From positions 305,117-369,116 of the forward strand of contig CAVOHG010000002.1 in the NCBI GenBank assembly GCA_963695655.1: a DNA stretch of 64,000 nucleotides. Direction: 5' to 3'. This stretch comes from an uncultured Acidobacteriota bacterium (GTDB lineage Bacteria > Acidobacteriota > Vicinamibacteria > Vicinamibacterales > 2-12-FULL-66-21). Made by a program: the position numbers and the translations under genes. This document shows, one piece after another, positions 11,192 to 22,581 of the stretch (position 1 is its first letter; the number at the start of each line of letters is the position of its first letter). The notes beneath the pieces were generated by a model. It did not search any database, was not told the origin of the DNA, and saw only the letters and a list, made by a program, of their open reading frames with translations.

Positions 11192-12704
11192 GATCTCTTC
11201 GTGATCGATCTGCGCCCGCTGGAGCTTGCCGCTGAAGTCGATGTAGATCGACTTCCACTCGGAGAAGACGTCGAGCGCAGCGACACCGGCTTCCCGGTGC
11301 CCGTTCCCGGTGTTCTTCGTGCCCCCGAAGGGGAGGTGGACTTCGGCGCCGATCGTAGGGGCGTTCACGTAGAAGATGCCGGTGTAAAGATCGCGCATTG
11401 CCGAAAAGGCGCGGTTGATGTCCTGCGTGTAGATTGACGCCGACAGGCCATACTCGACGTTGTTGCCGATGTCGACGGCCTCTTCGAGCGATCGGCACGG
11501 AATCACCGACACCACCGGCCCGAAGATCTCTTCCTGCGCAATCCTCATCGTCGGCTTCACGTCGGTGAAGATCGTGGGCTCGTGGAAGTAACCGCGCGCG
11601 AACGCACCCTTGTCGAGCCGATGGCCGCCGCAGGCAAGGGTCGCCCCTTCGTCTCGTCCGATCTGCACGTACTTCATGACCGTCTGCAACTGCGCGTCGC
11701 TGTTCGACGGGCCAACCTGGGTCGCCGGCATCCAGACCGTTGCCGACGACGAGCGCCTGAGCGCGGGCGACGAACTGGGAGACGAACGCGCCGTAGACCT
11801 TCTCGTGCACCACCACCCGGCTCGCGGCGGTGCAGCGCTGCCCCGCCGTCCCGAACCCGCCCCAGAGGCAGCCGTCGACGGCAAGCTCCAGGTTCGCGTC
11901 GTCCATGATCATGATGACGTTCTTGCCCCCCATCTCGAGGTGGACTTTCTTGAACGTCGGAGCCGCGGCCTGGTTGACGATCCGGCCGACTCGCGTCGAC
12001 CCGGTGAACGAGACGACGCGAACTGACGGACTGGTGGTGAGCGGCGTGCCGACCTCTTCCCCGTCGCCGGTGACCATGTTGACGACGCCTTTCGGGATGC
12101 CGGCGTCCTCGAGCACCTTGACGAAGTTCCACGCCGACAGCGGCGTTTGCGATGCCGGCTTGAACACCACGGTGTTGCCGCAGACGAGTGCCGGGATGAT
12201 CTTCCACGAGGGGATCGCCATCGGGAAGTTCCACGGCGTGATGATCGAGCACACGCCAAGCGGCTGCCGCACCGACATCGCAAACTTGTTGCGCAGTTCG
12301 GACGGCACGGTCTGCCCGAACATCCGGCGGCCCTCACCGGCCATGTAGAAGGTCATGTCGATGGCCTCCTGCACGTCGCCCTCGGTCTCGCTCAGAACCT
12401 TCCCCATCTCACGCGTCATGTCGCGCGCGTACTGACCCTTGCGGTCGGCAATCAGCTGCGCGGCCTTGAACAGCATCTCAGCCCTGACGGGCGCAGGCAC
12501 GAGGCGCCAGGTTTCGTAGGCGCGCGTCGCCGCCTCGATCGCCGCCTCGACATCGGCGCGGCCCGAATCCTGAAAGAGGCCGATGAGGTCGTCCGTGTCA
12601 GCCGGGTTGCGGTTTTCGAACGTACGACCGGTCCCGGAAGGAACCCAGCGCCCGTCGATGTAGTTGTTGTAGGTGGTGGGAGCCGCAGGTGCCATGACCC
12701 GCAA
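11189..12704 (-). CDS. NAD(P)-dependent aldehyde dehydrogenase, frame disrupted near 11723
   Basis: ...[30 protein letters not shown]...[16 protein letters not shown]...[12 protein letters not shown], then in a second frame ...[10 protein letters not shown]...YGLSASIYT...[16 protein letters not shown]. Frames join as GLDAGTQVGPS. Length is 3n+1. Confidence 0.9.
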
Positions 12705-12780
12705 TTATAGCGTTCCACTCTGACGGCCCGAGTCGCGACGGCGGCGGTACAGCAGTGCTGCGGTGCGGTGCGGAAACTGC

Positions 12781-13170
12781 CTACTCGGCGAGTTCGGCGT
12801 CGACGATTGGAGGCGCGCCGAGTGCGGCCAGCTTCTGGCGCTCGACGAACAAGCGGATCGCCCGCAGTGCGTGTTCCGAAGGCTCGGTGAATTCCAGGCC
12901 GGTGCGGTAGACGACGGCTCCCTGCTCGAGCCCTCGGACCTGGCTGTGGACGATGCGCCCCTTGATGATGACCGGAACGGCCTGAAGCACCAGCCGGAAG
13001 TCGTGGAGCGAGTCGAGGTGCAGCGGGAAACGGGTCTCGACCAGGGCGCCGCGCTCGCTGAGATCGAGGATCGACATCGGCTCGTAGACCGAGACTTCCC
13101 CGGTCACCTCGCCTGCGAGATAAACCCGCTCCGCGTCGCGCGTCCCGTCATTCGCAGACAATTGAGTCAA
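12781..13170 (-). CDS. PilZ domain protein
   Basis: Intact 129-aa ORF. ...GEVSVYEPMSILDLSERGALVETRFPL...VIIKGRIVHSQV...YRTGLEF matches the PilZ beta-barrel pattern. Confidence 0.7.
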   Translation of the reverse strand: MTQLSANDGTRDAERVYLAGEVTGEVSVYEPMSILDLSERGALVETRFPLHLDSLHDFRLVLQAVPVIIKGRIVHSQVRGLEQGAVVYRTGLEFTEPSEHALRAIRLFVERQKLAALGAPPIVDAELAE

Positions 13171-13206
13171 GACCTCCCCGGGCCTGCGCGAACAGGCCCG
13201 AAGTAC

Positions 13207-13660
13207 TTATCGGATTTTCACGTGTTCAAGATAGTCCCCCGATGCGATCCGGTTGGCGCCGCCGAGGGGGGCGTTGTAGAAGTAGACCCAGGCGGACTCG
13301 CTGCTGCCGTCCGGCAGGGCGACCGTCAACACGGCTGCGCACGTACAGGCTGCGGTCGTGATCGTCGGGCCGGTAGCCTTCAATCTCGTCAAGCGCCGCC
13401 AGGACCGTGGGCGCGTCGACGACCTCGTACAGCTCGCCCCAGACGACCCCGTCGGGTGCCGGCACCGCGGCAGGATAGAGCCCGAGATCGAACAGCGCCG
13501 CCCGGATGGATCCGCGCCCGAGATATTTGAGGTTGGCATCCATCCCGGCTCGTTGCCGGCGATCGAAGCCCGCCATCAGGGTGCCGTAGAAGAAGACGAG
13601 GTCGCGCACGGTCGGAGGAGCGTACACGGGCAGGAACCAAAAGAAAAGGGCCGGTGGCAA
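13207..13660 (-). CDS. Gamma-glutamylcyclotransferase (AIG2/GGACT-like) family protein, frame disrupted near 13337
   Basis: LVFFYGTLMAGF...GSIRAALFDLGLYPAAV...VWGELYEV...LDEIEGY, then ...AVLTVALPDGSSESAWVYFYN in a second frame. The start may be GTG at 13609. Length is 3n+1. Confidence 0.65.
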
Positions 13661-13707
13661 TCAGTGCCACCGGCCCTCGTCGAACGTGCGATTACGTGCT
13701 TATCCGT

Positions 13708-14770
13708 TTACTGGCTGAGCCCGGGCTGCGCGTTCGCCTTCGGGATCATCTGGATAATCTCTTGCGGGACGGTGAACGAGAGCGATACCGTCTTGCCGGT
13801 GCCGGTGAGCTGCAGGGAGTCGACGAGTGCGGTCGTGCGCGGATCGGCCTGGGCCTGCATGCGGGCGAGGGCGAGGAAGCCGCGGACCACGTCGCGCAGG
13901 TTCTCGGCCGCCTGGTCGTCGCGGGCTTCGGCGCGAAGGTTTCCCGACACGCCGCCGTCGACACGAGCTGCCGCGGCAAACCACTTGACCGCCGGAATCT
14001 GACGCCGAATCTGATCGGGCAGCTGCGCATGCGCCGCGAGGAGGTCGAAGCGACCCACCGCCCAGGCGTTGTTGGTCTGGCCGATGTCGGAGACGAGATC
14101 CATCATCTCGCTGTTGCTGGTGATGCTGTGGGCCGAGAGCTGGGCGTCAATGGCGGTCTTGACGGCAGTCGCGTCGCCGAACGCGATCAGCCCCGGCTCG
14201 AGAAAGGCGAGGACGAGCTTCTGGTGCATTTTGGAAGCCGCCTCGAGATGACGCTGGACGGTATCTCCGGCGTCAGGCATCGGGGCACCGGGGGCTGCCT
14301 CGACGGTCTGGTCGGCTCCGGGCGCCGGCGCGTTGACGAGCCGCTTGCCTTTGTACTCTTCGACCGTGCCGCCGTGCTCGCGGATGAGCCCTTCGAGCTG
14401 GGTGTCGTTGAACCGGCCGCGCGCGACGACCAGAGGTGCGTTCTTTTCACCGCCGGTTGAAATCGATGCCACGACGTAGTCGATGTCGCGCTCGATATCG
14501 ATGCCGGTCTGTTCCTGGAATTCCTTCTGTCCCTGCTCCGCTCGGCATGGCGGCCTTCAACCGGGTGCGCAGTTCGGAGTCCATGATGGCGCGCACGTCC
14601 GCATACGCCACGAGACTGGCGTCGGCCGGAACGTAGCGCAGCTCATTGGCAACTGCCGAGGCCGAGACCGGCTCGAATCCGCCCGCGTAGTAGGCGATCA
14701 GCCCGGTTCCGAGCCCTGCTGCCAGGACGGCGGTCGACCCTGCCATGAAATAGCGTGTTTTCTTTGTCAT
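13708..14770 (-). CDS. Hypothetical exported protein (last gene of the ABC cluster), frame disrupted near 14538
   Basis: MTKKTRYFMAGSTAVLAAGLGTGLIAYYAG signal anchor. The two ORF pieces join as ...LKAAMPSEQGQKEFQEQTGIDIERDIDYVVASISTGGEKN. No family recognised. Confidence 0.6.
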
Positions 14771-14872
14771 ACGCGTGGCCCTCACCAGGATTATACCGAT
14801 CGGGGCGGTAAAAAGTTCCTTCTGCAACCCGTCCCAGCGTCCGATTCCGGACAGCCGGGCGACCTTCCGGGT

Positions 14873-15670
14873 TTATTGCTCCAGCACGTATTCCTTGCGC
14901 TCCACAACCCAGGCTGCGGCTGCCAGAAACGTAATCCAGATCGCTGCCAGCCAGAACATGCTCATCCCCAGCGGCGGGGTTTCGCGGAAAATCCCCTGGA
15001 TCAGGCTGAGCGCCGTGTCGTTGGGCATCGCATGCGGCACGAGCGACTGCAGGTAATAGGCGATCGTGAACTTCTTCAGGTAGCCGGGAAACGCCAGCGC
15101 CGCCTGCTCCCACCCGAACACGAAAATAAGCCCGATGAGCAGCGGCCGCTTGAACTTCGCCCCGATGAACGCAAAGAGGGCTCCATAAACGGACAACCCC
15201 AGCGCCAGGAGTGCGAGGTCCTTCAACAGGTCGACGAACGAGGCGCCCAGGCTGCCCTGCATCGGCACGATCAGGAGATAGACGAGGACGACTGATGGAA
15301 GCACGACCAGGACGGTGCAGCCGAGATAGGCGAGGTACTTGCCGAACAGCACGGCGCCGCGCCGGATCGGCCGCGTGAACAGGTACGTGATCGTCTTGTC
15401 TTCGACCTCGTCGGCCATCAGCGACGTCCCGTAGAACACGCCGAGGACCGGAATCGTGAAGCGGAGGTAGAACACCCAGATCATCAGGCCGAAGATCGCG
15501 GGACCGGTCATCCGGGTGGTCTCGAGGATCGGCGCGCCGAACCCGATCAGGATCCGCAGAAACGCCGCAATCGCGACCGGGGCGCCGACCACGAGCAGCA
15601 TGAAGATGGTGCGGCGGGACCACAGCATCTCTCCGAGCGAGAGATCGAAGATGCGGAGCCCGGCGGTCAC
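14873..15670 (-). CDS. ABC-2 type transporter permease
   Basis: 265-aa ORF with 6 hydrophobic segments. It may begin at ATG 15731, two nt after the upstream stop, if one further indel near 15720 is assumed (14873-15731 is 3n+1). Confidence 0.75.
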   Translation of the reverse strand: MTAGLRIFDLSLGEMLWSRRTIFMLLVVGAPVAIAAFLRILIGFGAPILETTRMTGPAIFGLMIWVFYLRFTIPVLGVFYGTSLMADEVEDKTITYLFTRPIRRGAVLFGKYLAYLGCTVLVVLPSVVLVYLLIVPMQGSLGASFVDLLKDLALLALGLSVYGALFAFIGAKFKRPLLIGLIFVFGWEQAALAFPGYLKKFTIAYYLQSLVPHAMPNDTALSLIQGIFRETPPLGMSMFWLAAIWITFLAAAAWVVERKEYVLEQ

Positions 15671-15733
15671 GAACCCGGGGGCGGCCGGGATGGCACGAGC
15701 GGGGGCGGTGGGCTGGATGATCTCGGGCCATGA

Positions 15734-16658
15734 CTATTTGACCAGGTACTCGAACACGGCCTGGAGGTTATCGTCCGGCGAGGTCACTTCCTCGATCAGG
15801 CCGAACTCGCCGCTCGCCGCGAGCTCCGTCAGCCGGGCGTAGAAGGCGTCCGGCTTGCCCGTTTCGACCAGGACCGCGCCGTCCTCGAACTTCATGCTGC
15901 GGACGTCGGCGCGCTCGAGGAACTCCTTCGCCAGCCCGCGCGGATTTTCCGCCCGGACGTAGACGGTGTGCGGGTGCTCGTCGATCAGGTCCCGGATCTG
16001 GTGCACGTCGCCTTCGGCCAGGATCCGGCCGTTGTTGATCAGCAGGATGTTGGCGGTCATCGACTCGATCTCGTGCAGGATGTGGCTCGAGACGATGATG
16101 CTCTTGCCGGCGCGCGCCCAGTCGCGAATGAGCCGGATCGTCCGGCGGCGCGCGAGCGGATCCATGCCGGACAGCGGCTCGTCGAGAATCAGCAGGTCCG
16201 GATCGTGCACGATCGCCTGCGCGAGTTTGACGCGCTGGCGCATGCCCTTGCTGTAGGCGCCAATCTTCTTGTCGGCCGCGTCCATCAGGTCGACTGACGT
16301 CAGTGCGCGGCGCGCCGCTTCGTCCGCTTCTTTCTCGCCCAGCCCGTTCAGCCGCACGAGCGCCGTCACCCACTCGAGGCCGGTCATGCGCTCGTAGAAC
16401 GCATCCTGCTCGGGACAGAACCCGATTTGAAAATAGAGGTGCGGGATTGTCCCAGATCGGCTCGCCGAGGACCTTGACGACACCCTTGCTCGGTTTGAGC
16501 TGACCGGTGATCAGCTTCATGAACGTCGACTTGCCGGCGCCGTTCGGGCCGAGGAGGCCGGTGATCCCGGGTGGCACGTTGACGGTCACATCGTTGAGGC
16601 CGATGACCTGCCCGTACCACTTCGAGACGTGTTCGGCGGTGACGATCGGAACGCTCAC
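15734..16658 (-). CDS. ABC transporter ATP-binding protein, frame disrupted near 16443
   Basis: Walker [14 protein letters not shown] in the upstream frame. Signature YSKGMRQRV and Walker B LLILDEP in ORF 15734-16483. The GTG start overlaps the upstream stop (GTGA at 16655-16658). Confidence 0.9.
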
Positions 16659-17495
16659 GTGACGATCTCCACGCCGCGCACCCGCCGCTCGAGCACCGAT
16701 ATCGAGAGCGCGATGAGGCCGAGAATGACGATCAGGGACACCGGCCAGGGCGTCGCGTATCGCGGCCGCAGCCTGAAGATCACGTCGACGACCTGCATCA
16801 GGTTGGCGGTGAGCGAAATCCACGACAGCCGCGTGCTGCCGGTGATCGCGAGCAGCGCGCCGTAGATGGCGGCAGTGAAAAAGAGGATGCCGGCATACAG
16901 GATCCCGACGTAGCGGCTGCTCTTCGAGAGCGACGACAGCGCCAGCATCGTGAACGTCGTCAGCAGCCCCTGGAGCAGCGTCGCCACGGTGATGGCTGGA
17001 AACAGGAACAGGTTCTTCTGGAGAAAGACGAAGCTGCCGGCGAACAGCACCTGGAGGATGAGCAGCAGGATCGCCGGCACGAGCGTGACGAACAGCACGA
17101 ACGTCAGCAGCACCGCGGCCTTGCCGGCAATGTAGTCGGTCCGCAGCAGCGGTTTCGACAGGTAGATCTGGAGCGCGTTCGCACGGCGATCGTTGGCGAT
17201 GAGCCCGGCGCCGACGTAGATCGCGAGGATGAATACGAAGAAGTCCTGCTGTTCGAGGAACTGCCTGAACGTCTCCGCCGTCGGCGCGAACATCGCGACC
17301 TGCGGGTAGTTGGCGGTGACGTAAATCTGGACCGCGCGGACGAGAAACGGCCCCCACGCGGCGATCAGCAGACCCATGAACGCGCGCTTCCGCAGCATCG
17401 TCATGATGCCGGCGCGCGCGATGACGAGCCACGCCTGCCCGTGTGCGCGCGCGCCCGCCGCCGTATCGCCGGTAACTCTGATCGTGTATGGGCAT
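16655..17495 (-). CDS. ABC-2 family membrane permease, frame disrupted near 17444
   Basis: MPIHDQSYRRYGGGRA... joins ...HGQAWLVIARAGIMTMLRKRAFMGLL after removal of one nt. Six hydrophobic segments in ORF 16655-17404. Confidence 0.75.
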
Positions 17496-17530
17496 AACTC
17501 AGAAGTCTAAGTCGTCACCATCACCGCGTC

Positions 17531-17565
17531 GCACGTTGCACGTCGCACGTTGCACGTCGCACGTT
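17531..17565. repeat. Tandem heptamer array GCACGTY x5
   Basis: Reads gcacgtt gcacgtc gcacgtt gcacgtc gcacgtt, between two genes of the same operon. Confidence 0.9.
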
Positions 17566-18551
17566 ACTCATGCCCCACGGCCTTGGCGAAGACGTCCTCG
17601 AGCGTCGGCACGCTCGGACGCAGGTGCCGCACCTGCACGCCGAACTGCGCCGCCAGCGTGAACAGCTGGCGCTGGTCGTTGCCGGCGGAACTGAGCGCGG
17701 CCGGGACGAAGACGCGCATCACGTCTTCGTCGGTGGACGCGGCTTCCATCCCGGCGTTGCGGAGGACCTCGAGGAAACCCGGCAGGTTGCCCTTGATACG
17801 GAGCTCGAACACGCGCCCGCCAGGCCCCTTCAACTCGCGCAATCGGCCCCTGCGCGACCACCTGCCCCTTGTCCATCACGATCACGTCGTCGCACGTGTA
17901 TTCCACGTCGGGGAGGAGATGCGAGGAGAGGATCAGGTTGACGTTCTTGTTGTGACCCGAGGTCGCGGATGAGATCGAGCATCTCGTCGCGCCCCTTGGG
18001 GTCCATGCCGTTGGTCGGTTCGTCGAGGAAGAGGAGGTCGGGGTCGTGCACCAGTGCCTGTGCGAGCTTGATGCGCTGCTTCATGCCGGTCGAGTAGGTC
18101 TCGATGTTCCGATAGCGGGCTTCGCCGAGGCCGACGTAGTACAGCACTTCGTGCGCGCGCTGCATCGCGTCGACGGCTGGAAGTCCGGCGAGCTGGCCGC
18201 AGTAGGCGACGAACGACACCGCGTTCATGCCCGGGATGTGGGCATCGCTCTCGGGCATGTAGCCGATGCGCCCGCGGATTTCCATCGGCCGCTCAGCCAC
18301 GTTCGAGGCCGAGGACGGTCATCCGGCCTTCGGCCGGCTTGATGAAGCCGAGCAGCGACTTGAGCATCGTGCTCTTGCCCGCCCCGTTCGGGCCGAGCAG
18401 GCCCACGGCTCCCCCGGCAAACCGGGCGGTGACGTTCCTTGAGCGCCCGGTTGTCGCCGTAGATGACCGTGACCGCATCGAGGTCGACGACCGGACCGGT
18501 CGCTGCCGTGCTGTGCGGTTCGCGCGGGCTGAGGGCGGGTATGGTGTCCAA
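17564..18551 (-). CDS. ABC transporter ATP-binding protein, four frame disruptions (about 18437, 18304, 17957, 17838)
   Basis: Pieces in three frames reassemble to ...[42 protein letters not shown]...[32 protein letters not shown]...[25 protein letters not shown]...[16 protein letters not shown]... The TTG start at 18551 is tentative. Confidence 0.8.
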
Positions 18552-18577
18552 GTCTTTGCTTATACGGAAAGAGGGGC

Positions 18578-19143
18578 TCAGAGAGTTCCGCGGAGGCCGA
18601 GGGCGTCCGCCTGCTCCCGCAGCGAACATGATCACGTTGCCGATGTGCTCCTGCAGCGGCAGGCCAATCTCCTCCGCACCGCGCCGGAGGTCCTCCCGGG
18701 AGACGGCGCGGGCGAAGGCCTTGTCCTTCATCCGCTTGACGACCGATGACGACTCGAGGTCGAGGACGCTTTTCGACGGCCGGATGAGCGCGCAGGCGGT
18801 GACGAAGCCGGCCATCTCGTCGCAGGCGTACAGGCAATGCTCGAGACGCGATTCGCGCGGCGACGCCGGAGTAGTCCGCGTGCGACAGGATGGCACGGGT
18901 CACCCACTCGGGATATCCCTGCGCCTGGAGGATCTCGACCCCGCGAAACGGGTGGTTCTCCTGGTCGGGAAAACGCTCGTAGTCGAAATCGTGCAGCAGC
19001 GCCACCACCGCCCACTCCTCTTCGGGCTCGCCCCACAGGCGCGCATATCCGCGCACCGCGGCTTCAACCGCGAGCATGTGCTTGCGCAGGCTCTCGCTCT
19101 GCGTGTATTCGGTGACCAGCGCCCAGGCAGCCTCTCTCGACAT
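18578..19143 (-). CDS. HD-domain metal-dependent phosphohydrolase, two frame disruptions (about 18861, 18630)
   Basis: MSREAAWALVTEYTQSESLRKHMLAVEAAVRGYA...VVALLHDFDYERFPD...AILSHADYSGVPRESRLEHCLYACDEMAGFVTACALIRPSKS...MKDKAFARAV. The predicted end ...REQADALGLRGTL needs a second correction. Confidence 0.8.
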
Positions 19144-19160
19144 CGTCACAACAATGCACC

Positions 19161-19586
19161 TTATACCAGCCCCATCGCCTTGACCACCACCCGCTTCCGG
19201 CGGCGGCCGTCGAACTCGGCGTAGAAGATCTGCTCCCATGGACCGAGATCGAGCGCCCCGCCGGTGATCGGCACGATCACCTGGTGCCCCATGATCGTGC
19301 GCTTCAGATGCGCGTCCGCGTTGTCTTCGCCGGTCTGGTGGTGCTGGTACGGCAGGCCCGCCGGCGCGAGCTTCTCGAGCCACACCTGGAAGTCGTGGAT
19401 CAAGCCGTCCTCCCAGTCGTTGACGTACACGCCGGACGTGATGTGCATCGCGGACACCAGAACGATGCCGTCCCGGATCCCGCTCTTCTTCACGATCGCC
19501 GCCACATCGTCCGTGATGCGGATGAACTCCTGCGGCGTCTTGGTGTTGAACCAGAGGTAGTCGGTGAAGACGGTGGACTCAGACAT
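19161..19586 (-). CDS. YjbQ/UPF0047 family protein (secondary thiamine-phosphate synthase-like)
   Basis: Intact 141 aa from [28 protein letters not shown]...[18 protein letters not shown]...[14 protein letters not shown]. Confidence 0.85.
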   Translation of the reverse strand: MSESTVFTDYLWFNTKTPQEFIRITDDVAAIVKKSGIRDGIVLVSAMHITSGVYVNDWEDGLIHDFQVWLEKLAPAGLPYQHHQTGEDNADAHLKRTIMGHQVIVPITGGALDLGPWEQIFYAEFDGRRRKRVVVKAMGLV

Positions 19587-19587
19587 C

Positions 19588-19671
19588 GGGACTCGGGACT
19601 CGGGATTCGGGATTCGGGATTCGGGATTCGATTCGGGTAGTTTCCAGTTTCCAGTTACCAGTATCCAGTTC
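19588..19671. repeat. Heptamer arrays GGGAYTC (19588-19637) and CCAGTTN (19638-19671)
   Basis: Reads gggactcgggactcgggattcgggattcgggattcgggattcgattcggg, then tagtttccagtttccagttaccagtatccagttc. It directly abuts the yjbQ start codon. Confidence 0.9.
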
Positions 19672-19698
19672 TTGGTTCCGGGGACTGTTCGCCGAGGA

Positions 19699-20878
19699 TC
19701 AGCCGTCGTGCTTGGGAGGGGCACTGGCAACTGGCGACTGGCGACTGGGTACTTCCAGGGCGAGCCCCGCCTCCGCGTTGAACTCCAGGCTCCCCGGGCC
19801 AGCGCTTCGGAACCGGCGCAGCGCGGCGGCGCCGATCATCGCCGCATTGTCGGTCGAGAGCGAGATCGGCGGGATGAAGACGGGGATGCCGTAGCGGATG
19901 CCCAGCGCCTCGGCATCGGCGCGCAAGCGGCTGTTGGCGGAAACACCGCCGGCAAGCCCCACGCTTCGTGCATTCAGCCAGCGTGCGGCTTCGAATGTTC
20001 GATCCAGCAGTGCGCCAACCACAGCCCGCTGAAAGCTGGCGCAGATGTCGGCGATGTCCTGTGGCGGGAGCAGCGCGCCGCCGTCGCCGGCAGCGCCGGC
20101 TTTGCCGCCCTGCTCGGCGCCGGTGCGTTCCCTCACCAGCCGCAGCACCGCGGTCTTCAGCCCGCTGAAGCTGAAATCGATCCGGCGCGCGATGTCGGCC
20201 GGCAGTACGCCGTCGCCGGTCGACTTCGGGGCATTTCGATCCGGCGTGCGTCAACCGCGTCACAGGAAAATCGTAGGCACGATCGTTGCCGGTCCGCGCC
20301 GCGCGATCGATCGCGGGCCCTCCCGGATAGCCGAGCCCGAGGAGCTTCGCGACCTTGTCGTATGCCTCGCCTGCCGCGTCGTCGCGTGTCCGCCCAATCA
20401 CCCGGTAGTGGCCGCGCTCCCGAATCAGGTACAGGCTCGTGTGCCCGCCCGAAACCACCAGGACCGCGGCAGGGAGCGGCATCTCGCCGTGCGCAAGCGT
20501 CAACGATTCGATGTGCCCGGCGAGATGATGAACCGGGACGACCGGAATGCCACGCGACCACGCGAGCGCCTTGGCGAACGCGACGCCAACGAGCAGCGAC
20601 CCCACCAGACCCGGGCCTTGTGTGACCGCCACGGCACCGATGTCGTCCAGCGTCACGCTTCCGACGGCGAGCGCCTCTTCGACGACGCCGCAGATGTCGC
20701 GCACGTGCTGGCGCGATGCGAGCTCGGGAACGACACCGCCCCACTCCCGGTGAATCGCCGCCTGCGATGCGACCACGTTCGAGCGCGCGCGCCACGGCCG
20801 TGCATCGTCGCCAGTCTCTTCGATGACGGCGGCGGCCGTTTCGTCGCACGACGTCTCGATGGCGAGGAGGTTCATCAC
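19699..20878 (-). CDS. tsaD: tRNA N6-adenosine threonylcarbamoyltransferase TsaD, frame disrupted near 20241
   Basis: [18 protein letters not shown]...[14 protein letters not shown]...HHLAGHIES...VSGGHT...[23 protein letters not shown], then ...[15 protein letters not shown]...[10 protein letters not shown]. One extra nt. The last 16 or so codons are encoded by CCAGTNG repeats. Confidence 0.9.
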
Positions 20879-20882
20879 ACGA

Positions 20883-21965
20883 CTAGGTGGCCTGGCCGGC
20901 TCCCGGCGCCTTGGCTGCCACGGCTGACGCGAGCGCGGCCTTCAGCGACTCGGTGTACGGCGCAGTGAAAATCCCCCGCTCCGTGATGATGCCGGTGATG
21001 TACCGGTGCGGCGTCACGTCGAACGCAGGGTTGCGGATGAGCGCACCGATCGGCGTGACCCTCGATGTTCCCAGGTGCGTCACCTCGCGCTGATCGCGCT
21101 CTTCGATCGGGATGTGATCGCCATCGGGCGTCGCCAGGTCGATCGTGGAAATCGGCGCGGCGACGTAGAACGGGATCTTGTGCTCGTGGGCGAGCACGGC
21201 CACGGTGTAAGTTCCGATCTTGTTGGCGGTATCGCCGTTCGCCGCGATCCGGTCGGCGCCGACGACGATGACGTCGATCTCGCCGCTGCGCATGAGCGGA
21301 CCGGCCATGCTCTCGGTGATGACCGTGGTGCTGATCCCCTCGCGAATGAGCTCCCACGCGGTCAGCCGCGCACCCTGCATGAATGGCCGGGTCTCGTCGG
21401 CAAACACCGCGATCTTCTTGCCCTGCTCCACCGCGGCGCGAATGACACCGAGCGCCGACCCGTAGCCGGCCGTCGCGAGTGCGCCGGCGTTGCAGTGAGT
21501 AAGCACGCGCGCGCCGTCCGGCACGACGGCGGCCCCGACGCCTCCCATCAGGCGGCAGTTGGCGACGTCCTCGTCGTGAATCGCGCGCGCCTCCTGCTCG
21601 AGACGGCCGGCGAGCTCCTCGGTCGATTCTCCGGCCTCGACCCCGGCGGCAAACGCCGCCTTCATCCGGTCGATCGCCCAGAACAGGTTGACCGCGGTTG
21701 GCCGCGTCGCCGCCATCATGTCGCAGGTCTTCTGGAACTCGACCGCGAACTGGCGCGTCCCCTTCGCCGTGCTTCGGCGCATTCCAAGTGCGAGCCCCAT
21801 CGCGGCGGCGACGCCGATCGCCGGGGCCCCGCGGATGACCATCGTGCGAATCGCCTTGGCGACTTCCTGCGCGGTCCGGCAGCGCAGGTAGATTTCCTGC
21901 CCCGGCAGCTTGCGCTGGTCGACCATGACGACTACGTCCCCCTGCCAATCAATCGTCGGAAGCAT
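20883..21965 (-). CDS. mtnA: S-methyl-5-thioribose-1-phosphate isomerase
   Basis: Intact 360 aa. ...[18 protein letters not shown]...[20 protein letters not shown]...[21 protein letters not shown]...[19 protein letters not shown]. Confidence 0.9.
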   Translation of the reverse strand: MLPTIDWQGDVVVMVDQRKLPGQEIYLRCRTAQEVAKAIRTMVIRGAPAIGVAAAMGLALGMRRSTAKGTRQFAVEFQKTCDMMAATRPTAVNLFWAIDRMKAAFAAGVEAGESTEELAGRLEQEARAIHDEDVANCRLMGGVGAAVVPDGARVLTHCNAGALATAGYGSALGVIRAAVEQGKKIAVFADETRPFMQGARLTAWELIREGISTTVITESMAGPLMRSGEIDVIVVGADRIAANGDTANKIGTYTVAVLAHEHKIPFYVAAPISTIDLATPDGDHIPIEERDQREVTHLGTSRVTPIGALIRNPAFDVTPHRYITGIITERGIFTAPYTESLKAALASAVAAKAPGAGQAT

Positions 21966-21969
21966 GTTG

Positions 21970-22581
21970 TTATCCCAGCAGTCGCCTGTCGAAGGGCAGC
22001 GGCAGAAGCGCCGACAGCCTCATCCGGGCCGTCGGCCCGTCCAGGTTCCCAAGAATGATATCGATGTCGCCGCAATACTCCCAGAGGAGTTGACGGCACG
22101 GACCGCACGGCGGCGTGGGCGCGTCTGTATCGGCGACCACGGCGATGCGGGTGAAGACGGCCTCGCCGTCCGAGAGCGCCTTGACGAGCGCGACGCGCTC
22201 GGCACAGAGCGTCAGGCCATAAGTCGCGTTTTCGATGTTGCAGCCGCTGATGATGCGGCCATCGTCTGTCTCGAGCGCCGCGCCCACCTTGAAGTTCGAG
22301 TACTGCGCATGCGCGCGGGTCCGCGCCTCTGCCGCGATCGTCACGAGGACCAGTTCCTCGTTGACGTAGGCGGCCGACGTCGGGTCGATCGTCACCGGGT
22401 GCCAGCCGCGCTCGCTGCGCCGATCGTTGCCGGAGCGCCGCTGGCGCACACGCCGTTCCGATATCGCAGCCGCTTCCACAGCGGCCCGCAGTCGTCGTTC
22501 GCTTCCACTCCGGCGATCGCCGCTGCGAGGCGCCGGCTGACCACGGCGCGCGGCCGGCTTGGGGCGTTCAGAGTCGCTCAA
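21970..22581 (-). CDS. cdd: Cytidine deaminase with a long Arg-rich N-terminal extension (start uncertain)
   Basis: Core ...[39 protein letters not shown]...PCGPCRQLL (CAE and PCxxC zinc motifs). About 70 preceding codons are Arg/Ser-rich. An internal GTG near 22380 is an alternative start. Confidence 0.85.
   Translation of the reverse strand: MSDSERPKPAARRGQPAPRSGDRRSGSERRLRAAVEAAAISERRVRQRRSGNDRRSERGWHPVTIDPTSAAYVNEELVLVTIAAEARTRAHAQYSNFKVGAALETDDGRIISGCNIENATYGLTLCAERVALVKALSDGEAVFTRIAVVADTDAPTPPCGPCRQLLWEYCGDIDIILGNLDGPTARMRLSALLPLPFDRRLLG

Noticed and set aside
9581-11437. 618-aa ORF on the + strand
   Set aside because: It is antisense to the well-supported histidine kinase and runs on through the repeat spacer into the region antisense to the 3' end of the aldehyde dehydrogenase. 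Its Arg/Gly/Asp/Glu-rich composition is typical of spurious antisense frames in GC-rich DNA.
15768-17495. 575-aa ORF spanning two genes
   Set aside because: It is a chimera created by indels. Only its first 17 or so codons (permease start) and a central stretch (Walker A of the ATPase) are in the true frames. The rest is Arg-rich out-of-frame sequence.
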